NCBI GenBank assembly: GCA_965224465.1
Contig: OZ245049.1
Span: forward strand, 3,120,001 to 3,152,000
Direction of reading: 5' to 3'
DNA: 32,000 nucleotides
Source of the DNA: Flavobacteriaceae bacterium
GTDB lineage: Bacteria > Bacteroidota > Bacteroidia > Flavobacteriales > Flavobacteriaceae
The notes below the pieces were generated by a model. The model saw nothing but the letters and a program-made list of their open reading frames with translations, was not told the DNA's origin and made no database searches. Each line of letters opens with the position of its first letter. Within the stretch, counting starts at the first letter, position 1. Made by a program: the position numbers and the translations under genes. Below, one piece after another: positions 19,365 through 27,954 of this stretch.

Positions 19365-20766
19365 CGTCCTAAAAATTCTTTAGTAAAAATTGTAGTTGAA
19401 TTGGTTAATTTATTAGGATCCTGAAAAACTTTACTCCATTTATGTTGGCTAACATTTCTCCAGTTAACTTGTATATTACAATTACAAGAGTCTTCAATTA
19501 TATATCCCAAATTATATCCAAAACTTGCAGCCGCACCAGGAGCTCCCATAAACCCTACTCCATTAAATAATTGATCCTGAGCCATACGAGCCGAACCAAT
19601 TTGATTGGATTTCCATTGATCATGTGTGTTATAAATACCATATGCGCCAAAAGCAGAACCTAATCGTCCTGCAACTTTACTTATTGGTTTTGCGAAATCT
19701 TTCATCCCTCCAATATACTGATTTCCAGACACAAATATTTTAGGGTCATATAATTTTCCGTTTGTACTCATCCACCATCTACCTTTTTGAAATAATAAAT
19801 CACTTGAAGCAGATGCCGCTGCTCCTCCCACAGTAACTATTCCATCGGGTAAATTAAAACTTTTTGTATTTTTTTCTCCTGTTGCAAAGATATTATGAGA
19901 AGCACTTGAAAAATTAAAACTTCCTCCTGCAGCTAACTGATCCCATGATGCCATTGACCCTGTGCTAAAGTCAATTAATCCTCCACCAGTAATACTAGCA
20001 CTTCCCCAATTCACTCCATTTACTCCTCCTCCTATAACAACATCATCAGCAACCCACGTTCCTTTACCCATCCAATTAAAGCCTTCTGGGCAATCTACTC
20101 CAACAGTACAACCTCCAGTAGGATCCATAGACATATTAGGTCTGTTATCCATAGCCATATAAGGCGAGTGGTATTGTCCCATTGGGTCTACCGTTAACCA
20201 TCTTCCAATACGTGTATCATACAAACGTAATTGAAAGGCGGGCATTCCAGTTTCTTTATCGGTTTCTGCAAACTCTCCTTGATAACCATATCTATACCCA
20301 TTTGCATCCACCGTATTTCTATTAGGCATTGGCATCCCAAAAGGGTAATAGTCGGTAGACGAATCTATCTTTCCTTCTTTGCTTACTACCGCACGTACAT
20401 TTCCTAAATGGTCCGTAAGCTGATAAGCCGTGCTATTGTTTTGTTTAAAAAACACCCCAAACGGCTGGCTCCGTATATGGGAAGCTCTATTTGTGTTTGG
20501 TTGTTGTAAATAGCTAATACGCTACCTGCGGCATCGCGGACGTAATATTGAGTGTTTGTTAGCGAACCATGAGTGTCAAATACTTCTTTACGTACTCTGT
20601 GACCTTTGTCGTTGAAAAAGAACTTGAGTAAAGGTATGTTATTTTTTTTAATTTCTGTTACTAAGCCGCTTGCGTTGTATTTGTAAGAAATTCCTTCGCT
20701 ATTGTTTTTTATGAGTTGACCTAAGCTATTGTAGACATAATTTCCTGCTGCTTGTTTTTTTAAGTC
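19361..20766 (-). pseudogene. orphan rhs/YD-repeat C-terminal fragment 1 (5'-truncated, frameshifted) with variable domain CT1
   Basis: YD-repeat and RHS-core motifs (YQLTDHLGNVRAV, YYPFGMPMPNR, GYRYGYQGE, LRLYDTRIGRWLTVDP, DPTGG). CT1 spans 19361-20110 (249 aa). There is a 1-nt deletion relative to fragment 3 near 20457. The 5' end is cut by repeat A at 20767. Confidence 0.8.
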
Positions 20767-20767
20767 T

Positions 20768-21145
20768 CCCGATTACTCGCTATCGCTCAGGATAAAATTT
20801 GTATCGTGTGACCGTAGCAGCTTAAGAATACTTAATACGATCTTTTTGCGTATTATAAGAATACATGAAAAACAAATAATAGCATGGCTTAACGTGGACG
20901 CTATACGATACAAATATATTAGGAGCGTTGGGCTTTACTTGTTGAGGCTACAATCATTGGCGTCCCGAAAACCTACTGTCCTATACAGTTTTTCTTGTTG
21001 TTTTAAAGAACTGACAAATCTAAAGTAATAAGAAAAATAAGACCTTTTGTAAATCTTGCTGTTTTGTTACTTCTATTGTTGTTTTCTGCGAAGTCAGAGA
21101 CTGTCGCAGAGCTGTATTTTTTTATTTAGACTTCGTGGAGTGGGG
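20768..21145. repeat. island repeat family A, copy 2 (378 bp)
   Basis: Aligns with 18413-18757. The extra 33 bp (20831-20863) is flanked by the 8-bp direct repeat AAGAATAC. Confidence 0.9.
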
Positions 21146-21234
21146 TTTTCCACATAAATTTTTATTAACAAAAATAATCTAGTTTTTTCTTGGTTTAATC
21201 ATAGAATACAGGGGGAGGCTTTAACACTTATTTG

Positions 21235-21675
21235 TTAATATGCTTTTCGTTTACCTAATTTTTCAAATTCAATTTTAACATCCGTACTATCTGTGTGTCC
21301 ATAAACATTTTTAAGTAAATAAGAAGTATAATCAAGTAGTGTATTTTTATTAGAGCAAGGAATTAAGTAAGTTTCTCCGTACATATCAAGAAAATAACTT
21401 CCTTCTAACAAATTCGACTCTTTAAATTTTTTGTAATGCTTTTCATTTTCATATCTATCATTTTTAAATGATAATAATATTAAATAACCGTCTTTATCTT
21501 TAAAATTAAAATCTTCTAAAACATCTTGACGAAAAATTTGTAAATCACATCTAAAATGTTTCATAGACTCTATTTTCACAAAAAGATTTAATTGAAAATA
21601 GAGCTCTTGTTTTTTGTCTACATATTCAATATATTCTTGAATACTTTTCTTTCTTTTTTTAAAAAATTTAAACAT
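21235..21675 (-). CDS. putative immunity protein 2 (cytoplasmic)
   Basis: 146-aa ORF starting 3 nt after the CT2 stop. No TM helices and no family recognised. Confidence 0.5.
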   Translation of the reverse strand: MFKFFKKRKKSIQEYIEYVDKKQELYFQLNLFVKIESMKHFRCDLQIFRQDVLEDFNFKDKDGYLILLSFKNDRYENEKHYKKFKESNLLEGSYFLDMYGETYLIPCSNKNTLLDYTSYLLKNVYGHTDSTDVKIEFEKLGKRKAY

Positions 21676-21678
21676 TTT

Positions 21679-21972
21679 TTAATTAGGTTTTTTTTCTGGG
21701 TTGTTATTGTTTTTTTTATTGCTAGGCTCTATAAAGGATTTCCAAGCAAGATACCCTCCCGCAGCACTTACTGATAAATATTTCATAAAAGCTGTTCCAT
21801 GTGTTTGAAAAACTGGAGCTCCTCTAGAATAAATATCTGCTAAAATAGGCAAGCTTCCTCGTCCTGCAATATAAGTTATTGGCGCCGCAGCAAATTGACC
21901 ATTTACAATAGCTGTTTTTCCAACTCTGAATATACCCTGACTGGCTTTTCCTGCTCTCAAAATAGTTTGATA
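21679..21972 (-). pseudogene. distal half of rhs fragment 2 variable domain CT2 (separated by IS insertion)
   Basis: After removing the IS and one copy of the duplication, the frame continues from 23553: ...LYTYQ|TILRAGKAS... Confidence 0.75.
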
Positions 21973-23546
21973 ACTCAAGTTTCGCACCCATCATTTACAG
22001 GTGTTTAAGTGAAAATAAATAGCATGAAAACCAAGGTAATCCCCTGGTTTTATTGTACTTTTAAGTACGAACAAGAAAGTACAAAACATGCTAGAACACG
22101 AAGATATCACAAAAACACAGGAGATAAAAGGAAAATTTAATAAGATTTGGCTTAGTTCAGAATACCTACAAGCACATCTAAATATTTTAGGATTCAATAA
22201 AATTAAAAACAAGTTTAGTTGGTGTAAGAAATCGGGGATTTCATTCGGTAATTTGATTTCTACACTTTTAATTTTACCTATTATTGGATTTGACTCTATT
22301 CATGGACTTACAAGCAATAAAGACAAAGGATTAGGTCAGTCTGGTAAAGATTCATACTATCGAATCCTAGCAAATCAAAAGATAAATTGGAGGGTTTTTC
22401 TAGCTCAGTTTGTGAAGCAATATCTATTAAAAGAAGAGTTCTTTACTCCATCTAAAGATGCTACAAGATGCTTGATCTTTGATGATACTGATCTTTCTAA
22501 AACAGGAAAGACAATTGAAGGTGTTTCAAAAATATACAACCATGTATCAAAAACGTATTACCTAGGTTATAAACTACTTGTTGCTGGTTACTGGAACGGA
22601 AGTGTATTTATTCCTGTTGATTTTAGTTTACACCGTGAAAGTAAAACATCAAAATTAAAATACGGACTAACAGCAAAGCAACGTAGACTTCAAAAGAAAA
22701 CGCCGAGATGTAGTAAAACAATTGCAGCAAAAAGGTATCAGGAACTCAATAAAAAGAAAACAGACTTGTTGGTGCAAATGTTCTCAAGGCTTATAAAACG
22801 TAAGGTACCTGTAGATTACATCTTAATAGACAGTTGGTTTACAAGTGTTAAATTACTTAGAAAGTTACGGGACATTAGTAGCTTAACTCATATTATAGGA
22901 ATGTATAAATACAACAGTAAAATTGAAGTTAAATCAAAGATTAAAACCTTGTCACAACTCAAAAAACAGAAAATAAAACCAAAACGATGCCGTAAATTCA
23001 ATTATTACTACCATCATTACATAACTGAAATTGACGGTCTTAAGGTTGCTGTATTTATTTCAAAACGTGGAAAGAATGGCAAATGGCATACGTTAATATC
23101 AACTGACACAACACTGAAATTCGTAAAGGCTATTGAAATATACAGTATCAGATGGTCCATAGAAGTGTTTTTTAAAGAAGCTAAGCAGTTGTTTGGTCTT
23201 GGAAAATGTCAGTCCACTAATTTTGATATTCAAATCGCACAAATAAGCATTATAATGGTTCAATATTTACTCACCAGTATTCGATATAGAATGGAAGCCT
23301 ACGAAACAATAGGAGGGTTGTTTAAAGATTTAAAACAAGATTATATAGAGAATAAGCTAAACATCAGGATATTAGCAGTTGTCAGTTTGGTGATTGATGT
23401 TTTGGAAAAGATGATTGAATCTATTGATATTGAGTTAATTACACGTAAAATAATAGTGAATATTGAGAATTTTGGATTTCTAGTAAATACCCATAAACTT
23501 AATTGCCAAGAGGTTGCGTAAATCTATCTAAGTGCGAAACTTGAGT
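21973..23546 (+). mobile_element. IS4/IS701-like insertion sequence (1574 bp)
   Basis: Perfect 15-bp terminal inverted repeats: ACTCAAGTTTCGCAC at 21973-21987 and its reverse complement at 23532-23546. Flanking direct repeat TTGATA at 21967-21972 and 23547-23552, extendable to the 9-bp AGTTTGATA. Confidence 0.9.
22088..23521 (+). CDS. DDE transposase, IS4 superfamily
   Basis: 477 aa. Carries FDDTDLSKTGK and ILIDSWFTS, plus YSIRWSIEVFFKEAKQ, which fits the Y-2-R-3-E-6-K signature. Confidence 0.85.
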   Translation: MLEHEDITKTQEIKGKFNKIWLSSEYLQAHLNILGFNKIKNKFSWCKKSGISFGNLISTLLILPIIGFDSIHGLTSNKDKGLGQSGKDSYYRILANQKINWRVFLAQFVKQYLLKEEFFTPSKDATRCLIFDDTDLSKTGKTIEGVSKIYNHVSKTYYLGYKLLVAGYWNGSVFIPVDFSLHRESKTSKLKYGLTAKQRRLQKKTPRCSKTIAAKRYQELNKKKTDLLVQMFSRLIKRKVPVDYILIDSWFTSVKLLRKLRDISSLTHIIGMYKYNSKIEVKSKIKTLSQLKKQKIKPKRCRKFNYYYHHYITEIDGLKVAVFISKRGKNGKWHTLISTDTTLKFVKAIEIYSIRWSIEVFFKEAKQLFGLGKCQSTNFDIQIAQISIIMVQYLLTSIRYRMEAYETIGGLFKDLKQDYIENKLNIRILAVVSLVIDVLEKMIESIDIELITRKIIVNIENFGFLVNTHKLNCQEVA

Positions 23547-23552
23547 TTGATA

Positions 23553-24517
23553 AGTATATAACGACTCTGTACCGGCTACAGTAGCTTCACCTGAAAACAC
23601 AAACGATGTACTACTAAATGTAGGTAAGTTACTAGCAGCTAAAGCAGCCCCTTCAATAGCACCAATAACTGCAAATGGAGATAAGGCCAGTGCATAAGCA
23701 CCTTTCCACTCTGCTTTTCTTCTAGTAATATCTGGTCCAATGATTTGGCTATATTGTTCAAATCTCACCCCTGCCACACCACTTAGACCATTCCCTTGCC
23801 CAGAAACCATAACTTCATTTAACCCAAAAGCAAAGTCTGTATTCCATGTTTCTCCATCCCAAGACCATTGATTACCTCCACCATCAAGTGCAGTACCTCC
23901 AATTCCTCCAGGAATAACACAAGGATTTCCATTCTCATCTACACAACCACCGTCAGGATCAACTAACATATTTGGTCTATTCCCCATTGCTAAATACGGG
24001 CTAGAATATTGTCCATAAGGATCGGGACTTATCCATCTACCAATCCGTGTATCATACAAACGTAATTGAAAGGCGGGCATTCCTGTTTCTTTGTCGGTCT
24101 CTGCAAACTCTCCTTGATAACCGTATCTATACCCATTTGCATCCACCGTATTCCGATTAGGCATCGCCATCCCAAAAGGGTAATAGTCGGTAGAGGAATC
24201 TATCTTTCCTTCTTTGCTTACTACCGCACGTACATTTCCTAAATGGTCCGTAAGCTGATAAGCCGTGCTATTGTTTTGTTTAAAAAACACCCCAAACGGC
24301 TGGCTCCGTATATGGGAAGCTCTATTTGTGTTTGGTTGTTGTAAATAGCTAATACGCTACCTGCGGCATCGCGGACGTAATATTGAGTGTTTGTTAGCGA
24401 ACCGCTCGTATTGTGTACTTCTTTTCGTACTCTGTAACCTTTATCGTTGTAAAAGAACTTGAGTAAAGGTATGTTATTTTTTTGTATTTCTGTGACTAAG
24501 CCACTGGCACCGAACAC
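23553..24517 (-). pseudogene. orphan rhs/YD-repeat C-terminal fragment 2 (5'-truncated, frameshifted, IS-disrupted), proximal part with CT2 start
   Basis: The core is about 95% identical by eye to fragment 1 up to RIGRW, then diverges. DPDGG ends near 23946. It has the same 1-nt deletion as fragment 1, near 24292. Confidence 0.8.
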
Positions 24518-24679
24518 ACATCTAGCATACTCAACACCAGCAATACACCATATTACCGTAGCCGTTTAACAATTCTTATTACAAACTCTTTTTATGCATT
24601 ATAAACATACAAGAAAGACAAATAAAGCATAGCTTACTCGCCAACGCTACACGAAAGATTCGTGCAGTAGCGATGGCGG

Positions 24680-25030
24680 TTATTCGTGCGCCAGAGGGGG
24701 AAGTGTATTTACGTATTTTATAAGTTTAATCTTAAAAATAGAATATTCATATTTTTTTAATATAACTGATAAAGCAAATACGCCATCTTTAGAATGTGAG
24801 TCTATAAATAACTCATCCACTTTTAATAAATTAACAATATTAGTATAATTTATCTTCTTTCCTTTTAATATTGATTTCAGGTAATTTTCAAATTTAAACC
24901 AAGTCAAATCATTAACTAAGGATTCATCACATAAGTCATATATGACTTGCTCAAAAACAGCAGACAGCTCTCCAATATCACTATCATAAGGAGCATTATC
25001 CAGTCTTATCATTAAATCATTTAATTCCAT
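24680..25030 (-). CDS. putative immunity protein 3
   Basis: 116-aa acidic ORF starting 1 nt after the CT3 stop. No family recognised. Confidence 0.5.
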   Translation of the reverse strand: MELNDLMIRLDNAPYDSDIGELSAVFEQVIYDLCDESLVNDLTWFKFENYLKSILKGKKINYTNIVNLLKVDELFIDSHSKDGVFALSVILKKYEYSIFKIKLIKYVNTLPPLAHE

Positions 25031-25031
25031 A

Positions 25032-26516
25032 TTATTTTACAATCCTTCTAAGTTTACTTGTATTCTTAATTTTTGCATTAGCAACTCTTCCACTAGTTTT
25101 ATGTAAATAGTAATGAATTTCAATTGCTTTTCCATTAACTCTTCCATAATCAAAAACTTTAATCCATTTCCCAATTACATGAGTTTGCAATTTTGAATTC
25201 ATATTTAAGTATTTACCTGCCTTCATCGCTACACTCTCAAAACCGGGAAACCTAGCCTGAATATTATTAGATACAGAAACTCCATTAGCTTTTCCTAATA
25301 TATTCGTACCTCTTGATCCATAAATTCCAGAACCATATAGTCCTAATTCTTTCTGGACTTGATAAACAGCCCCTATCTCTTGTTGCATCACTCCAGAAAT
25401 AACTTCATGGAAATCTTCCTTCTTTCCTGCATTTAATCTCGTTCTTAAGCTAGCACTAGGTAAAAAACCACTTAAACGATCCATCCGAGCAGGGTTATTT
25501 AAGATTTCTCTATCCCAAGAATCTAACGTATTCATGGTTATTCCGTCACTATCGTAAGCAAATGATAAGGTTGATGCATGCCCATACCCCCCATTTATAT
25601 CAAAGGTCGATGTAATTTCACTAAACTGTAGTCCGTAATTTTTATTTGGGTCACTTCCCATTCCGTCTCCTATAAAAACCCCCTTGAAGCCTCCGCCAGC
25701 CCAGCCCCAAAATCGTCCCCATTTGGTCTTCCAACCTCCGTCTGAATCTATCCCGTTTACAGGGTCGTTACCCATACCAATGTAAGGAGAACTATACTGC
25801 CCCATAGGATCTGTAGTCAACCACCTCCCTATTCTACTATCCCACAATCTCAACTGAAAAGCTTCCTTTCCAGTTTCAGGGTCTTTTTCTTGTCCTTGAA
25901 AGGCATATCTATACCCATTTGCATCCACCGTATTTCTATTAGGCATTGGCATCCCAAAAGGGTAATAGTCGGTAGAGGAACTAATATCTCCATTTTTAGT
26001 TACTACTGCCCGTACATTTCCTAAATGGTCGGTTAGTTGGTAGGCGGTGCTATTGTGTTGTTTAAAAAACACTCCTAAACGGCTGGCTCCGTATATGGGT
26101 AGTTCTATTTGTGTTTGGTTGTTGTAAATAGCCAATACGCTACCTGCGGCATCTCGGACATAGTATTGAGTGTTTGATAGCGAACCATGAGTGTCAAATA
26201 CTTCTTTACGTACTCTGTGACTTTTGTCGTTGAAAAATAACTTGAGTAAAGGTATGTTACTTTTTTTAATTTCTGTTACTAAGCCGCTTGCGTTGTATTT
26301 GTAAGAAATTCCTTCGCTATTGTTTTTTATGAGTTGACCTAAGCTATTGTAGACATAATTTCCTGCTGCTTGGTTTTTTAAGTCTTGTACGCCGGCATCA
26401 CCTACGGCATCGGTAACATGGTCTAATTGGTTGGGTTTTCCTGCTTTGTAACCCGATCGCGCGGATTTGAAATCCGTGCGCACCCGATTCACACAACTAG
26501 CCCATAAACAGCACAT
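25032..26516 (-). CDS. orphan rhs/YD-repeat C-terminal fragment 3 with variable domain CT3; open frame with start codon supplied by repeat B
   Basis: 494-aa uninterrupted ORF with YD repeats and RHS core (FFKQHNSTAYQLTDHLGNVRAV, YYPFGMPMPNR, LRLWDSRIGRWLTTDP, DSDGG). CT3 spans 25032-25733 (233 aa). The first ~22 codons, including the ATG, lie in repeat B and its hairpin. Confidence 0.7.
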   Translation of the reverse strand: MCCLWASCVNRVRTDFKSARSGYKAGKPNQLDHVTDAVGDAGVQDLKNQAAGNYVYNSLGQLIKNNSEGISYKYNASGLVTEIKKSNIPLLKLFFNDKSHRVRKEVFDTHGSLSNTQYYVRDAAGSVLAIYNNQTQIELPIYGASRLGVFFKQHNSTAYQLTDHLGNVRAVVTKNGDISSSTDYYPFGMPMPNRNTVDANGYRYAFQGQEKDPETGKEAFQLRLWDSRIGRWLTTDPMGQYSSPYIGMGNDPVNGIDSDGGWKTKWGRFWGWAGGGFKGVFIGDGMGSDPNKNYGLQFSEITSTFDINGGYGHASTLSFAYDSDGITMNTLDSWDREILNNPARMDRLSGFLPSASLRTRLNAGKKEDFHEVISGVMQQEIGAVYQVQKELGLYGSGIYGSRGTNILGKANGVSVSNNIQARFPGFESVAMKAGKYLNMNSKLQTHVIGKWIKVFDYGRVNGKAIEIHYYLHKTSGRVANAKIKNTSKLRRIVK

Positions 26517-26787
26517 AATTATGTTGTTGACGGTATTTTAACGTATTTATAATTACGTGTTTCTGTTCAACCGCGTAAGTACATCTACCCAGCCTACCGT
26601 AGTAATAGTTGTAAAGTAAGCCTCTTCTGTTTCTGTTGCTTTATATATTTGGTTGACATATTTCTTAGTTTACTATTATTTTTTACTTTTTTAAGCTTTG
26701 AGTGAGCAACCTTGCGTGATGCACTTTGTGGGCACGGATTGCAAATCCGCGCTATCACGTGGGGGGTATGTCCGCGCTATCGGGTTT
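26449..26787. repeat. island repeat family B, copy 1, with imperfect terminal inverted hairpin modules
   Basis: The left end, TAACCCGATCGCGCGGATTTGAAATCCGTGCGCACCCG, is inverted at the right end as GGGCACGGATTGCAAATCCGCGCTATC...TCCGCGCTATCGGGTT. The body is near-identical to 27233-27535. Confidence 0.85.
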
Positions 26788-27127
26788 TATTAATTGCTTT
26801 AGTTAATAGAATACTCTCGATACGCTCATCATTAAATTCGTATTTTGCCCCCAAAACTAAAAAGTAACAAATATTATCATTATCTACATATGATTTTTCA
26901 CAATTAATAATCTTAAAAAAATCCATCTTCTCAATATTCTCAAACCCTATAAGCTCATTTTCTACTTTTTTAATTGTAATTATACCGAAATCAAATAATG
27001 GTTTTAAAATCAAATAAATATATCTAACAGCTATTTTTTTTCCTTTAAAATACACAATGTCAACTAAAGGAACTTCCATGTCTATACATAAATCTAAAAT
27101 GAATAATTGATAATCTGATAGTTTCAT
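26777..27127 (-). CDS. putative orphan immunity protein 4
   Basis: 116-aa ORF starting 6 nt after the stop of a toxin-tail remnant. Its last two codons and stop lie inside the right end of repeat B copy 1. Confidence 0.45.
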   Translation of the reverse strand: MKLSDYQLFILDLCIDMEVPLVDIVYFKGKKIAVRYIYLILKPLFDFGIITIKKVENELIGFENIEKMDFFKIINCEKSYVDNDNICYFLVLGAKYEFNDERIESILLTKAINKTR

Positions 27128-27133
27128 AACTTA

Positions 27134-27232
27134 TTAGTTTAATGTAGGGTTTACTAATACAGGTATCCTTTCCCCATTAAAAAGCCTTACTCTTAAATAT
27201 GGCTCTTGTTTTATCAATGGTAAAGTTTTATT
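27134..27232 (-). pseudogene. remnant 3' tip of a toxin gene (about 32 codons)
   Basis: Open frame ...GNKTLPLIKQEPYLRVRLFNGERIPVLVNPTLN* with no start. It is cut upstream by repeat B copy 2. Confidence 0.4.
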
Positions 27233-27535
27233 ACCCGATTCACACGACTAGCCCATAAACAGCACATAATTATGTTGTTGACAGTATTTTAACGTATTTA
27301 TAATTACGTGTTTCTGTTCAACCGCGTAAGTACATCTACCCAGCCTACCGTAGTAATAGTTGTAAAGTAAGCCTCTTCTGTTTCTGTTGCTTTATATATT
27401 TGGTTGACATATTTCTTAGTTTACTATTATTTTTTACTTTTTTAAGCTTTGAGTGAGCAACCTTGCGTGATGCACTTTGTGGGCACGGATTGCAAATCCG
27501 CGCTATCACGTGGGGGGATGTCCGCGCTATCGGGC
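27233..27535. repeat. island repeat family B, copy 2 (lacks left hairpin)
   Basis: About 300 bp near-identical to 26482-26785. Confidence 0.9.
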
Positions 27536-27536
27536 T

Positions 27537-27698
27537 TCAATTTATTATAAAAAAAACTATTACAAATATTATTAAACAACCAACAATAAAATTATATTTT
27601 GAATGTTTTTCTTCAGCTTCAGAAAATTCACCTTTAAATCCTGAAATAGCCCAGAAAAAAAAAGCACCCAAAACTCCTATAAAATAGCCTGTAGTCAT
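27537..27698 (-). CDS. unlisted small ORF, 53 aa, two predicted TM helices (possible immunity protein 5)
   Basis: Hand translation gives MTTGYFIGVLGAFFFWAISGFKGEFSEAEEKHSKYNFIVGCLIIFVIVFFIIN*. It starts 10 nt after the stop at 27709, and its own stop is 2 nt from the end of repeat B. Confidence 0.4.
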   Translation of the reverse strand: MTTGYFIGVLGAFFFWAISGFKGEFSEAEEKHSKYNFIVGCLIIFVIVFFIIN

Positions 27699-27708
27699 TA
27701 CATTAATT

Positions 27709-27954
27709 TTAGTCATTAAAAAAATTAATTAAAAAAATCGCATCACCTGACTTTCCAGCAGCTTTAGCTGTCGATTTGTGAGTACTTACTTTTAAGTTAT
27801 GATTCTTTATCATTGTATTCAAGTTTTTTATTGCAATCTTATAGGCCTTTGCTCTTGCTTGACTATGTCCTACACTCATGAACTGGCCCTTTGTTGCTCT
27901 TGCAAAAATATTATATAGTTTTGGTGTAGATTTTACAGTTGTGTTCACCGCCTT
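27709..27954 (-). pseudogene. toxin-tail fragment CT5 (about 80 codons) downstream of solo hairpin module
   Basis: Open frame AVNTTVKSTPKLYNIFARATKGQFMSVGHSQARAKAYKIAIKNL...AIFLINFFND*. It is out of frame with the rhs remnant upstream. No family recognised. Confidence 0.35.

Noticed and set aside
20846-21028. 60-aa ORF inside repeat A copy 2. ORFs at 27463-27687 and 29151-29435 also span repeat B or mosaic sequence.
   Set aside because: The frames are not conserved between repeat copies: indels and substitutions break them in the sister copy. There is no coding signature.
21991-22212. 73-aa minus-strand ORF at the left end of the IS.
   Set aside because: It lies antisense to the transposase 5' region inside the IS and has no support as a second IS gene.
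26460-26482. The hairpins GGATTTGAAATCC and GGATTGCAAATCC resemble tRNA anticodon arms (Ser-UGA / Cys-GCA), suggesting tRNA-derived att sites.
   Set aside because: No T-arm (GTTCGAATC-like) and no acceptor or D-arm context around any copy. The resemblance is limited to a 5-bp stem plus a 7-nt loop.
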